64,000 bases of DNA from an uncultured Gemmatimonadales bacterium. GTDB lineage: Bacteria > Gemmatimonadota > Gemmatimonadetes > Gemmatimonadales > GWC2-71-9. Where the stretch lies: contig CAVWJI010000002.1 in assembly GCA_963755425.1 (NCBI GenBank), positions 453,244 to 517,243 on the forward strand. The letters run 5' to 3'. The notes beneath the pieces are model-generated. The model made no database searches. It saw nothing but the letters and a program-made list of their open reading frames with translations, and was not told where the DNA came from. This document shows positions 11,057-22,647 of this stretch, in pieces. A program made the translations under genes and the position numbers. Every line of letters starts with the position of its first letter. The stretch's first letter is position 1.

Positions 11057-12432
11057 CGCGACGCACCACGCTCTGGTCGGCCACCACGCCGCCGAATCCC
11101 CGGATGATGGATTACACCGTCGCCGATGACCGTGAAGTCGACCAGCGACTGCTGCGCTGGGACGTGATCGGTTCGCTGGGGCATCTCGAATCACTCACCG
11201 CGGGCGGCATTGTCTCGCGGCGTCAGCGCGGCACGATGCGGCGCGGTCTGCTCGCGGCACTCGCCGCGGTGGACGCGGGCCGGTTGACCATCGGCGCCGA
11301 GCACGAAGACGGACACAGCGCCATCGAGTTCTGGCTGACACGCCGGTTTGGCGACGTCGGCGAGCGGATCCACGCCGGGCGCTCGCGCAACGACCAGGTG
11401 GCCACGGCGCTTCGGTTGATGCTGAAGGATCGTATGCTGACGCTGCATGCCGGCATGTGCGATCTCGCGGACGTCCTGTTGGCCTTTGCGTCGACGCATC
11501 GCCGAGTGGTCTGGCCGGGTTATACCCACCAGCGCGCCGCGATGCCGTCGTCGGCGGCGTTGTGGGCCGCTGGATACGCGGCGGGTCTGCTCGACGCGGC
11601 CGACGCGATCGGTGCCGTCTGGCCACGGATAGACCGCTCGCCGCTCGGCAGCGCGGCGGGATACGGCGTGCCGCTGCCGCTCGACCGCGAAGCGGCCGCG
11701 CGGGCGCTGGGCTTCGGCGGGCTCGACGTCCCGGTGACCGCGACGCAGGCGTCGCGCGGACAGCTGGAAGCGGCGGTGCTCTTCTGGTGCGTCGAAGCGG
11801 CCCACGTCTGCGCCAAGCTCTCCGCCGACGTGATTCTCTTCTCGGCAGGTGAATTCGGCTGGCTCGTGCTGCCGCCGCAGTTCTCGACCGGCTCCAGCAT
11901 CATGCCGCAGAAGCGCAATCCCGACGTCTTCGAACTCACCCGCGCCCGCGCCGCCGCCCTCGACGGCGACCTGATCACGACGCTGGCGCTCCGGTCCAAG
12001 CTCACCGGCGGCTATCACCGCGATTTCCAGCTGCTCAAGGCACCGTTGTTCCGCGGACTCGACGCGACCGGCGAGATGCTCACGATGTTGACCGAAGTGA
12101 TGCCCCACCTGGGCGTCGATGCCGAACGCGGCCGGGCGGCACTGACCGGCGGGATCGTCGCGACCGACGCGGTGATGGAGAGGGTCAGGCGTGGCGTGCC
12201 GTTCCGCACCGCCTATCGCGCCACCGCCGACGCGCTGCATCGGGGCGAGATGCCGCCGACGCCCACCGCCGCGGCACTGCTCCAGACCCGCACCAGCACC
12301 GGCGGAATGGGGAATCCCGGTTTCACCACGCTCCGCGCCGAACTCCGCCGGGTCAACAACTCGGGCCGGGCAGAACGCCGCCGGTTCGACACTGCGATTG
12401 CGCGGCTCACCCGTTCGCGGAGGTCGCGATGA
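11053..12432 (+). CDS. argH: Argininosuccinate lyase
   Basis: GRSRNDQV and the fumarate-lyase signature GSSIMPQKRNPD. 459 aa counted from the ATG at 11053. Confidence 0.93.
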   Translation: MTRRTTLWSATTPPNPRMMDYTVADDREVDQRLLRWDVIGSLGHLESLTAGGIVSRRQRGTMRRGLLAALAAVDAGRLTIGAEHEDGHSAIEFWLTRRFGDVGERIHAGRSRNDQVATALRLMLKDRMLTLHAGMCDLADVLLAFASTHRRVVWPGYTHQRAAMPSSAALWAAGYAAGLLDAADAIGAVWPRIDRSPLGSAAGYGVPLPLDREAAARALGFGGLDVPVTATQASRGQLEAAVLFWCVEAAHVCAKLSADVILFSAGEFGWLVLPPQFSTGSSIMPQKRNPDVFELTRARAAALDGDLITTLALRSKLTGGYHRDFQLLKAPLFRGLDATGEMLTMLTEVMPHLGVDAERGRAALTGGIVATDAVMERVRRGVPFRTAYRATADALHRGEMPPTPTAAALLQTRTSTGGMGNPGFTTLRAELRRVNNSGRAERRRFDTAIARLTRSRRSR

Positions 12433-12884
12433 GCCGGGCGCGCAACAAGCGCCAGCTCAAGATCCTGGAGCTGGTCGCCACCCGTCCGCTCCACACGCAG
12501 GACGAGTTGGCTGACGCGCTGGCGCAGGAAGGGTGGGAGGTGACGCAGAGTTCGGTGAGCCGCGACATCGCGGCGTTGGGACTGGTCAAGGCGGAGGGGA
12601 TCTATCAGCGCCCGAGCGCGGGGCATTTCCGCGAATTGCCGGATCCCAATGAGCGCCGCATCGCCGAATCGCTGCTATCGATCGATACCGCCGGCGATGC
12701 CATGCTCGTGCTGCACACGCCGCCGGGCGAGGCGCAGCGGGTCGGCAGCGCGCTCGACCTGCTGGCATGGACCGAGGTGGTGGGAACGATCGGTGGCGAC
12801 GACACCATCTTCGTGGCCACGCACAACAGCAGCGCCCAGACCAAGGTGCTGCAGCGGCTGCGGACGTTGATGGAAGGGGACTGA
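12429..12884 (+). CDS. argR: Arginine repressor
   Basis: The ATG overlaps the argH stop (ATGA). Winged-helix N-domain QDELADALAQEGWEVTQSSVSRDIAALGL and C-domain GTIGGDDTIFV. Confidence 0.9.
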   Translation: MSRARNKRQLKILELVATRPLHTQDELADALAQEGWEVTQSSVSRDIAALGLVKAEGIYQRPSAGHFRELPDPNERRIAESLLSIDTAGDAMLVLHTPPGEAQRVGSALDLLAWTEVVGTIGGDDTIFVATHNSSAQTKVLQRLRTLMEGD

Positions 12885-12895
12885 CGGGCGGCCGA

Positions 12896-13546
12896 TCAGC
12901 CCACGCCGGCAATCGCCAGCACATCGGCCGGCGTGTCGCAGTAGTGATCCGGCGCCGCCAGCTCCAGCTGCTCCCGGGCAAATGGCCCCCAGGTCACACC
13001 AGCGGTCCAAGCTCCGGCACCGCGCCCTGAATGGATGTCGTGGTGCGAATCGCCCACGAACACGCAGCTCTCGGCGGGCATGCCGAGCAGGGCCAGCGCA
13101 CGTTCGACCGGCTCGGGGTGCGGCTTGGGGCGTTCCACATCGTCCGACCCGACGATCACCTCCATCACATCACCCAGCCCGATCAGCACCAGGCCGCGCA
13201 TGGCGCCCGAGCGGTTCTTGCTGGTGACCAGGCCCAGCCGCTTGCCGGCGCGTTTCAGCGCCAGCACCATGTCGACGACGCCGGGAAAGGCGCGGACCCG
13301 CTGGTCGTGATGCGCCAGGTTGAATTCCCGATACGTCGCGATCCAGGCGGCGATGTCGGCGTCGGCCTCGCTGAAGTTACTGAACACGGCACGGAGCGGC
13401 GTACCGATACCGGCGAGGATCTCGTTGCGAGACAGCGCCGGCAGTCCGTGGACGGCGAAGGTGTGCTGGTAGCTCTCGACGATGAGATCGACGGAGTCGA
13501 TGAGCGTTCCGTCGAGGTCGAACAGCACCGTCTGATACGGCGGCAT
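12896..13546 (-). CDS. HAD-superfamily phosphatase (phosphoglycolate phosphatase / PpaX-like)
   Basis: FDLDGTLIDS (motif I), LVTSK (motif II) and VGDSHHD (motif III). Start taken at MPPYQTVLF. Confidence 0.8.
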   Translation of the reverse strand: MPPYQTVLFDLDGTLIDSVDLIVESYQHTFAVHGLPALSRNEILAGIGTPLRAVFSNFSEADADIAAWIATYREFNLAHHDQRVRAFPGVVDMVLALKRAGKRLGLVTSKNRSGAMRGLVLIGLGDVMEVIVGSDDVERPKPHPEPVERALALLGMPAESCVFVGDSHHDIHSGRGAGAWTAGVTWGPFAREQLELAAPDHYCDTPADVLAIAGVG

Positions 13547-13724
13547 GGGCGGAACGTAGTGAGCGACGTGATTACAACCAAGTGCGACCACACAGCTCCC
13601 TCGGGCACCTGACCCCGTCGGAGTACCAGGAATTCTGTCAGGGAAACGCGACCGCCGAAGCCGCCTGACTCTACGACAGACTGTCCACGAACGGGACCAA
13701 GGTCAGCACGTCAGACAGGCAGGA

Positions 13725-14069
13725 TCAATATCCGAGCACGTATCCGATCAGTCCCCCGATCCCAGCTCCGACCATGACTCCGCCCGCAATGGAGTCGCGT
13801 TTCACCGCTGCAACTATCAAACCCACCACCGCGCCCACAAACCCGCCCAGGACTGCTCCAGCCAAGCCACCGCTATGATCAGCGGCCCGAGCGCTGTCGA
13901 GCGCGGCCCTCACTCCATCCAGTGAAAGCGGCAGCTTCTGCTCAGGAAATGCCGATATCCCGAGGCGAGGCCCCGGCAATGCTTGTCCATAGACGCGTCC
14001 AGCTGACGTGCAAAGTCCAAGCGCGACGACGAAGCCGAAGAGTCGAAGCCGCACGATCAGGCGTTTCAT
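13725..14069 (-). CDS. Small exported glycine-zipper protein
   Basis: Signal peptide MKRLIVRLRLFGFVVALGLCTSA. C-terminal GxxxG-rich segment GGLAGAVLGGFVGAVVGLIV..GGVMVGAGIGGLIGYVLGY. Confidence 0.6.
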   Translation of the reverse strand: MKRLIVRLRLFGFVVALGLCTSAGRVYGQALPGPRLGISAFPEQKLPLSLDGVRAALDSARAADHSGGLAGAVLGGFVGAVVGLIVAAVKRDSIAGGVMVGAGIGGLIGYVLGY

Positions 14070-14437
14070 CAGAGCCCCGCGATCATGTTCATTGCCGTCA
14101 GGAGGTTTGCCCGCCTGCCGGACTTCCTGCGATACTACAATCAGGACCGATTCCACATGGGCCTGAGCGGACGGACTTCCATCCGGCGACTTGGGACGCA
14201 TCAGTGAACAACATCTTAATCAGCAACACCCAGGTAGCCGCAAGGACAAGGATTCACCCCCGCCACCTGCAAAACCTCGCCGGGTACATCAGGCTCATCG
14301 CCGCGCGCGCAAGCGTCGCTTACCCATCTCCCGACGGCTGGCGGTTTCGCCTCGTCGACGTCGACGTTGCTCTGCACCGCTTCGGCACCGCCGCCGCGTC
14401 GAGGGTGGCCGGCCGCGGAAACCCTTCCACGCTACGT

Positions 14438-16652
14438 TCAGCCAGCCACGCACGCCACCACCGCGATCGGTCGCACCACCACGGCGCAGGGCGACGCCGG
14501 CTCCGGCACGGTCACCCCACCGAGTTCGCGGTCCGGCAGTGCTGCAAGCCGCGCCGCGAGGAGCTCGGCGCCGAGCGCCGGACCCGGCACGCCGGTCGCA
14601 AAGCGCAGCAGCCGGTCGAGACGGGACAGTGCCGCCGCATCATGGTGCCGGGCGGCACCACGCGCCGCCGCCAGCACCCGCCGCGCGAGCAGCGACGACA
14701 GCGGCGGCACCGAGTGCAGCCGCTGAAGCACGTGACGCCCCGCGGCAGCGATCTCGCGACGCAGCGCCGGTTCGGAGATCGAGCCGTCCAACACCCCCGA
14801 TGCGCTCGGCGCGTCCAGCAACCCGGCCAGCCGCGTCTGGTCGGTAATCCATTCGCCATCGGCGGCCCGCATCACGAGCTGCGCACCGGAGCGGCGTCCA
14901 CGCTGCACCGCCAGCACAACCAGTATTCCGGCGTCCGACGTGGTGGTGACGGCAGCGGCAACAACGTCCGACGACGGCAGCGGCTCGCACGCCTGGTCGG
15001 CAACCGTCAGGGCATCGAGCCACCGCGTGGCAAGCGAACGCTTCCGCTCGATCCGGTGCACCGACCTGAGCGCCGACTCGATCGCCGGGCGCCGGCGCGC
15101 GAACGATCACCTCCACCTCGCCATGCAGTTGCCCGATCCGCAGCAGCCGCCCCTCCCGCTGCTCGACCCGTACCGCCGTCCACGGGAGGTCGATGTGCGC
15201 AATTCGTCCCGCCGCCTGCAGGTCGAGCCCCTCGGCCGCCACGTCGGTGGCAACCAGCACGCGTGGCGGACGGCGCCGGGCGCGCCAGGCACTCCGCCCG
15301 GGCCCGAACGCCTCGAGCACCACCTGACGCGGCATCCGGTGCGGTCCGATCCCCGCGCGCGACCCGGTGACCCAGCCGCACTCGTCGCCGAATGCGGTGC
15401 GGAGCATCACGGCGGTGGCGCGGTGCCGCGCGAAACAGATGGTCGGACAATCGTCGCAGAGGCGCACGCGGATATCCTCAACCCAGGCGTCACCGGCAGG
15501 GGGCGATATGAGCAGCATGTCGACCGCAGGGAGATCACTCATCGCCAGGTCGCCGTCCGCCGGCTCCGGCGCCACGACATCCCAGAGCACCAGCTGATCG
15601 TAGTGTTCGCCGGCAAAGCGGCGCAGCACGGCGCGCGATGTGCCGCCACCGGCATCGCGCGACTGCAACAGCAGTCGGCGATAGCGCTGCAGCGCCGCGC
15701 GGAACGCGGCATCGCTCGATTGCGCCGCGTCGAGCAACACGGTGCGCACCAGCCGGCGGGTGGCCAGAGCGGTGCTCAGCGCAAGGGAATCGATCGACCG
15801 CACGGCTTCCACCGCGCGCCGCTCTTCGGCGGCATCGGGCGCAAGGGTGGCGACGTGCCGGGATGTTGAATGGCGCTCTTCCCGCGGCGTCCGGATCACC
15901 ACGTGCCGCAGCGCATCAGGCGGCTCCGGCATCTGCTCGAGCGTCTCGAGGCGGTCGATGCCGTCGAGCGCCAGCGCGTCGTCGGGGAGTGCAAGTCGCA
16001 GCAGCGTGACGAGGTCGCCGATCCGGTTGACGATCGGCGTCGCGGTGAGCAACAGCACACGCCGCCCCACCAGCCACGGCGCAATGGTGCGGACTCGGCG
16101 CGTGGACGGATGCCTGAACCGGTGCGCCTCGTCGATGATGACGAGGCGCGGGTTGCCCGATGGAAGGTGACCACGACTGATGCGTTCATGGCCGAAGAGT
16201 CCCAGCCGCACACCAGCGCGACGGGCCGCCAAGCGCCACTGCTCGCGGAGCACGGCCGGAACGATCGCGACCACCTCGTGCCCCGCGGCGCGTTCCGTTG
16301 CCGCCGCGCCGAGCGCGATCCACGTCTTCCCCGCGCCGACGGACTCGGCGAGGATGGCGCCGCCCAGGTCGTCGAGCGCCGCCGTGATCCGTCGCCAGGC
16401 ATCGACCTGATGCGGGAGGAGAATGCCGGGCGGCACCACGGATGCGCGACGAGGCCGACGTGCGGCAGTGACGGCGGCCCGGACCGCGGCGGGCCCCGGC
16501 CATCGCAGTGGTGGCGACAGCGCCATCAGCGGATCGGCCACCTCGCGGAGGAGGTCCGCCGAGAGCTTCGGCCAACCGGAACGTGGCAATGGATGAGGCG
16601 ACACGGCGGCATCCGTCGGGAGACAGCTCCAACGGTTGCCGGTCGGTGGCAC
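14438..16652 (-). pseudogene. SNF2/RAD54-like superfamily-2 helicase with an unassigned ~200-aa C-terminal domain. One frame switch as sequenced.
   Basis: Motifs AESVGAGKTW (I), IIDEAHRF (II), LLLTATPIVN (III), VLVATDVAAEGLDLQ (V) and QREGRLLRIGQ (VI). The sequence continues as ..EVEVIVRAPAPAIESALRSVHRIERKR.. in ORF 14438..15061. The switch is near 15085-15095. The start codon is uncertain. Confidence 0.8.
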
Positions 16653-16720
16653 CGGCGCGGCGCGAATTTGCCCGCGCCGGGACCGATTAGCGGGTCAGTT
16701 CAGGGCCGGGAAGGCCCCCA

Positions 16721-17900
16721 TTACGACTTCGGCTGCACGCCGAACGCAAACACCGTCTCCGCGTGGAACTTCTCGCCCGGGCGCAGCACGGTGGACGGGA
16801 AGTTCGGGTGGTTCGGCGAATCGGGAAAATGCTGCGTCTCCAGGCCAGCGCGCCGCGGTGGACATAGACCTTGCCGCCCTTGCCGGTGATGGTGCCGTCG
16901 AGGAAGTTGCCGGTGTAGAACTGCAACCCCGGCTGCGTGGTCGAGACGTCGAGCACCCGCCCCGTCGTCGTGTCGACCAGTGGACGGCGTGCACCAGCCC
17001 GGTGCTGTCGCTGCCGCGGTTCAGCACGAAGTTGTGGTCGTACCCACCGGCGTACTTGAGCTGGGCGTTGTCCTGGCCGATCCCGGCACCGATCATCGTG
17101 GGCGTGCGGAAATCGAGCGGCGTGCCGGCCACGGGTGCCAGCTCGCCGGTCGGGATCAGCGTCGAATCGACCGGCGTGTAGCGGTCGGCGTTGATGGTGA
17201 GCATCTCGCCCAGGATGTCGCCGTTCCCGGCCCCGGCCAGGTTGAAGTACGAGTGCTGCGTCAGGTTGAGGATCGTCGCCTTGTCGGTGGTGGCGTCGTA
17301 GTCCACCTGCAGCGCGTTGTCGGGGCGCAGCGTGTAGGTCACCGTCACCTGCAGCGTCCCCGGATAGCCCTGGTCGCCGTCGGGACTGGTGTGGGTCAGC
17401 ACCAGGCCGACGTTGCTGTCGTGCTGGAACGGCTCGGCGTGCCAGACCACCTTGTCGAACCCGACCAGGCCGCCGTGCAGCGCGTTCTGCCCGTTGTTGA
17501 TGGCCAGGTGGTACGTCTTGCCGTCGAGGGTGAAGCGCCCCTTCGCGATCCGGTTGGCGTAGCGCCCCACGATGGCGCCGAAATACGGCGAGTTGCGCAC
17601 GTAGCCCGCCAGCGAATCGTAGCCGAGCACCACGTCGCCCATCTTCCCGTCGCGATCGGGGACGTCGATCGACGTGATGATCCCGCCGTAGGTCATCACC
17701 GTGATCCGCATGCCGTGCGGATTGGTGAGCGTGTAGAGCGTCACCGAATCGCCGCTCGGCGCCACGCCGAAGGGAGCACTGCTGATCGACGCGGAATCGG
17801 GCATCGTTCCTCCTGCGTTCCGGGCGGCGGGCTTGCCGCCGCACCCCACGGTCGCGATCGCCACAACGACCCCCAGCACCAACGTGCGTTGCGTCTTCAT
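16721..17900 (-). pseudogene. galM: Aldose 1-epimerase (galactose mutarotase) with a lipoprotein-type signal. Two frame switches as sequenced.
   Basis: MKTQRTLVLGVVVAIATVGCGG. Motifs GRYANRIAKGRFTLDGKTYHL, NALHGG, HSYFNL and, in the final frame, [24 protein letters not shown], with stop TAA at 16721-16723. Switches lie near 16985 and 16848. The ATG overlaps the GH2 stop (ATGA). Confidence 0.88.
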
Positions 17901-20107
17901 GGTTGGATCACCTCGTCGAGGCCGACATCGATGTACTGGCCGCCCTTTGTCTGGTGCACATGCACAGCGAGCAGGTTGCGTCCCGATCGCAGCGCGGCCC
18001 GGACCGCGGCGCCGGCGGGGAGATGGACATATCCGGTAGTATAGCCCTTGAACGTCGCCACCAACGTGCCGTTGAGATACACCTCGGCGTCCTCGTCGTG
18101 GTGCACCCGCCACGCCAGATGTTGTGGGACGCCGCCCGAGAGGTCGAACGATCGGCGGAGCCAGATGTCGGCGGTGTGCCAGTCGGTGCGCACCACCGCG
18201 CCCGGCGGGTTGCCGGCTCCGAAGCCGCCCGGTCCGGTCTGCCACGCCTGCTGCATCGAAGCCCGGCTTGAACCAATCCGCTGCCGGCTGCACCGTGGTG
18301 TATTGCCACGTCTGCGGAGCGTCCTGCGAACTGGCGACCACGACGCGCGCCCGGGGTGGCGGGCCGAAGAGCGCCATCGCCGCGGCGCGCGCATCGGGCA
18401 TCGGCTTGACCACGGCGCGATCGTAGGTCATCAATCCGTTCACTTCGTTCTCGACGTCGGTGGTCTGGGTGTACACCGCCGCCGAGAGACCGTCGGCGAT
18501 GAGCCAGCGCAACTGGCCGAGCAGGTCGGGGTATGCCGTGTCGAGCTCGGCCCGCGTGGTGTAGGTGCGGTAGCCCCAGTTGTTCTTCGCCAGCCAGGTG
18601 TGCCCTTCGAGCGGCAGGCCGAGCCCGCCGAACTCGCCGAGCACCCGCGCACGGGTACTGTCGGGCGCCGGAATCCCGGGGCCGGGATAGACGTGGATGT
18701 CGGAGACGTCGCCGACATGGTGGTCGGTCCAGCCGCTGGCGTTGTCGACCAGCCGGCTCGGGTCGTAGCCCTTGAGCCAGGCCACGATCTGCTCGGTGTC
18801 GTGCTGCCCCCATCCCTCGTTGAACGGCACCCACATCACGATCGACGGATGCATCCGCAGCGCATCGATCATGTGGTGCAGCTCCTCGAGAAAGTCCGTG
18901 CGCGATGCCGCGGTCTTGTTGTCACCGCTCGGCATGTCCTGCCAGATGAGGAGGCCGAGGCTGTCGGCGTCGTAGTACCAGCGGGCCGGCTCCACCTTGA
19001 CGTGCTTCCGCATCATGTTGAAGCCGAGCTGCTTGATGGTGAGCATGTCGTTGCGGATGGCCGCGTCCGACGGCGGCGTGTAGAGGCCGCCGGGCCACCA
19101 TCCCTGATCGAGGGTGCCGAATTCGAACAGCGCGTGGTTGTTCAGCATCATGCGGAGATGGCCGTCAGCCGCTCGGCCGATGCTGATCTTCCGCATCCCG
19201 AAGTAGCTCCGCGCCGTGTCGCGGCCCAGCACCAGCCGCACATGATAGAGATAGGGATCGGACGGCGACCAGAGATGCGCGCGCGAGCATCGGCACCACC
19301 AACGGGGCGCCGACCGGGCCGCGCGCGGTGGCGACCGCGCGTCCGGCGGCCGTCACCACCGCGGTGAGCGTCGCCGAGGAGTCGGCGCCGGAAGTCACCG
19401 CGTGGAACGAGACATTGCCGGCGTCGATATCGGGCACCGCGTAGACGGCATCGAGATGTTCCGCCGGGACCGGCTCGAGCCAGACGGTCTGCCAGATGCC
19501 GGTGACGGCGGTGTACCAGATGCCGCCCGGCTTGAGCACCTGCTTGCCGCGCGGCTGGGAGCCCTTGTCGGTCGGGTCCCAGACCGACACCACCAGCTGC
19601 TGATCACCGCTGCCACGCAATGCGTCGGTGATGTCGAAGGTGAACGGATCGTAGCCGCCGGTGTGCTTTCCCACCGCAACGCCGTTGACGCTCACTTCCG
19701 TCTGCCAGTCGACGGCGCCGAAGTGGAGCAGCAGGCGTTCGCCGTTGGCAAGCGGCGGCGCGCGGAAGGTGCGGTGGTACCAGAGACGCTCGCTGTCGGA
19801 CACGGCGCGACGCACGCCGCTCAGCTGTGACTGGATCGGGAACGGCACCAGGATCCGGCCGTCCCACCGCGATGGCTCGGCGGCCGATTCCGCGGTGACC
19901 GCAAAATCCCACATCCCGTTGAGGTTGATCCAGTCGCGACGCACCAGCTCGGGGCGCGGATAGTCCGGCCAGGCGTGGACGGAATCGACCGTCCGCCGCC
20001 CAGCGGGTGCGAAGCGCCGGCTCCGGTTGCTGTGCTGTCAGCGGCAGGGCTGCGACGACACATGCCGCAAGCGACAGCTCGATCGCGCGACGCCAAGAAA
20101 TGCTCAT
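17897..20107 (-). pseudogene. Glycoside hydrolase family 2 (beta-galactosidase/beta-mannosidase-like), secreted. Three frame switches as sequenced.
   Basis: Signal peptide MSISWRRAIELSLAACVVAALPLTAQ. GH2 sugar-binding region WDFAVT..LHFGAVDWQTEVSVNGVAVGKHTGGYDPFTFDIT. TIM-barrel region IWQDMPSG..MWVPFNEGWGQ. The pieces are in ORFs 19604..20143, 19165..19944, 16695..19241 and 17897..18394. Switches lie near 19975, 19275 and 18245. Confidence 0.85.
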
Positions 20108-20108
20108 C

Positions 20109-22611
20109 TCAGTTCTCCCCGCGGATGATGACCTCGGTGACACCGACGGCCGCCGGTGCGTCGGGCTCGAAGACGACGCGGATCCCGGTTGTCGACACCG
20201 GCGCGATCGTCACGGTATTCGCCGACGAGACCTGCGGCACCACCGGCACCTGCGACAATACTCGCGCGTCGACCCAATCCGTGCCACTCCGGTACTGCAC
20301 CGTGTAGCGCTTCGGCGCCCTGGTGCCGCCGCCGTCGCCCCAGAGGTCGAGCTCGACTCGCGACACCACCTGCGCCGCCGGAAAGTCCAGTTCGACCCAG
20401 TCGCTCCGGTCGGGCGAGCCGTACGACGTCCAGCGGTTGCGCGAGTAGCGGCTGAACGCCACCACCATGTCGTTGATCTCCGAGACACTGTCGTAGCGCG
20501 AGGTGAACGACGCCGACGCCCGGGCGCCCCAGGCCAGGTCGGGCGACGCCGCAGTCGGAGCGGCAAGCGGCGTCGGTCCGTTGCCCCATGCCTCGACCTC
20601 GGTCATCCCCACCGCCGCACCGGGCTGCGGCACCAGCACCACCAGCAACCGTGAAGTACTCACCGGCGCAAACGACACGGTGTTGGCGCGATGTCCTTCC
20701 GGCCGGGCCGGAGTGCGACGCTCGCCAGCAAGAGAGGACCACGCGCCGTTGCGCCAGACAGCCAGCCGGTACGATGCCGGAGCGCGCACGCCGGTGGAGT
20801 CGTCGAGGAGGTAGAGCTGCACCGAGTCGAGCACACGCGCGGCGCCGAAGTCGATCGTTACCGAATCGGCCATGGTGCGGCGAGCCGGTGGTGGTCCAGC
20901 GATTGGGCGGATCGGTGTTGTACCAGTAATTGCCGTCGACGAGGTTGCTCGCCGCGGTACCCGGCGCGGTGTAGCTCGCGGCGACGACCGGAAACGCCGC
21001 GTGTCCGTTGTTGACGGCGAGGTCGACCGGGCGAGGCGGCGGCGGCAATTGGCGGGCAGGGCCGAGGAATGCGACGAGCCGCGTCATGGTGGGCGAGTGG
21101 CCGATCACCCGGCCGTCGACGATGATGCTCAACCCCGCGCCATAGCCGTAGCGCGTGCCGTCGCGGTCCCAGACAATCGCCAGCTGATGCCCGTGATACG
21201 CCACGTCATCGAGCGCGAAGTAGCGCCAGCCGGCGGGTGCCAGCGGTGCCACTTCCACCGAGTCGTCGGCGCGCGGCCGCAGCCCCACCACTCCGGTGAT
21301 CACCAGGTTGACGTATTCCGAATGGAAGTAGTCCTCACTGTGATCAAAGGTGTCGCCGCTCCGCCACGAGCCGTTGTCCGGGTTGGCGTTCTCGGCGATG
21401 TACGGCCGTCCGCCCTTCCGCTGGTCGAGGGTGTAGGTCTCGAAGAGGCGGTCGTAGTCGTCACGCGTCACGACCTGCTGGTGGTAGTCGTCGAGCAGGT
21501 TGGCCATCGCCACCAGGGTCTGCGACGTGGCGTAGGGCCATTCGTTGCCGCTCCAGACACAGCAGCGGTCGGCGATCTCGAACTGCGGATCGTGACGCTC
21601 GACGGTGGTGGGACCGAACGGCGCCGCGAAATACGCCGTGTCCATGAGAAAGCGCCAGGCCGAGGCGTAGCCGGAATCCGGCAGCTCGAACTGCCAGGGG
21701 ACGTAGCCGATCTCCTCCCGGCCGTGCGGGTTCCCGGCATACGGGCCGCTCCGGTAGGTCAGCGACCCGGCGGTGATGCCGCCCTTCTCGTCATGGGCAA
21801 ACTGATGGAAGAAGAAGTCGCGGGTCGGGTCCCAGAGCTGCTGTTCGACGTGCGTCTTGAGGCTCGCCGCACGAGCGGCATACTGCCGCGACGCCGCCGA
21901 ATCACCGAAGAGTGCCGCCGCGCTGGCGATCGCGCGCGCGTCGGCGTACAGGTAGCTGTTCAACGTCGGCCGATAACCGTCGGCGCCGGCACCCGGATCA
22001 GTGGTCAGTCGGCTGTTGATGTTCTCTTCCATCCCATCGTGCAGGCCGTCCCAGTGGAACATGTGCTTTGTGCTGTCCCAATGCTCGGCCATCCAGCCGG
22101 CGTATTGCAGCTCCATGTCAGGCAAGAGGCCGCGGAGATAGGCGCGATCGCCGTTGACGAGATAGGTCGCCCACACCGCGTCGCCGTACCAGTTGCTGTA
22201 GCTCCTGGGCCGCGCCCCTGGCGTGTCGAACCAGTAGTGGGCAAAGTCGCTCACGACGCGGCGGTCCTTGAGCCAGCGCAGCTCGTACATCTGGTGGCCC
22301 ACCGGGCAGGAGATGGCGCCGTACGCCCCCGACCAGAACGGCCGGTCGATGAACTCGGAGAAGGTGTAGCCGGATTGCGGCGAGCCGTAAGTGAGATGCC
22401 GGGTGATCAGCTGCCAGCGGTAGTAATAGGTGGCGTCGATGGCGGTGTCGGGAGACTCGAAGAAGGGAATGTTGGCGGCATACCAGTCGAAGTCGCGATT
22501 GTCCCACCAATCCTGGCGCTGGAGCACCGCGGTCTTGTCGAGCACCGGCCACCGCGGCGCCGGATGGCGGTTGGCGCCCGCGCCGCCGCCGAGCAGCAGC
22601 GGCGCCACCAC
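20109..22611 (-). pseudogene. Six-hairpin (alpha/alpha)6 glycoside hydrolase (GH63/MGH1-like is a guess) with two C-terminal F5/8 type C (discoidin) domains. One frame switch as sequenced.
   Basis: The 580-aa N-terminal catalytic-like region is in ORF 20104..22611 (..VWSGNEWPYATSQTLVAMANLL..). The C-terminal 254 aa are in ORF 20109..20873 and show two discoidin-like repeats (..VTIDFGAARVLDSVQLYLL.. and ..WVELDFPAAQVVSRVELDLW..). The switch is near 20875. Confidence 0.7.
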
Positions 22612-22647
22612 AACGGCGAGTCGGGCCCACCTCGCCGCCGGCGGGCT

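Noticed and set aside
13592-13724. tRNA or small-RNA genes in the larger intergenic spacers (also 31793-31918, 37935-37993, 50295-50388, 56159-56217).
   Set aside because: Inspection by eye found no cloverleaf-compatible acceptor/T-arm pairing, GTTCRANYC-type box or strong terminator hairpin. A tRNAscan/Infernal run would be needed to be sure.
14204-14440. Plus-strand HTH_17/excisionase-like reading (..PDGWRFRLVDVDVAL..) as a gene.
   Set aside because: The resemblance is loose. The frame has no stop before running antisense through the helicase gene for more than 1 kb, and it has a GTG start with no SD. I mention it only as context in a finding.
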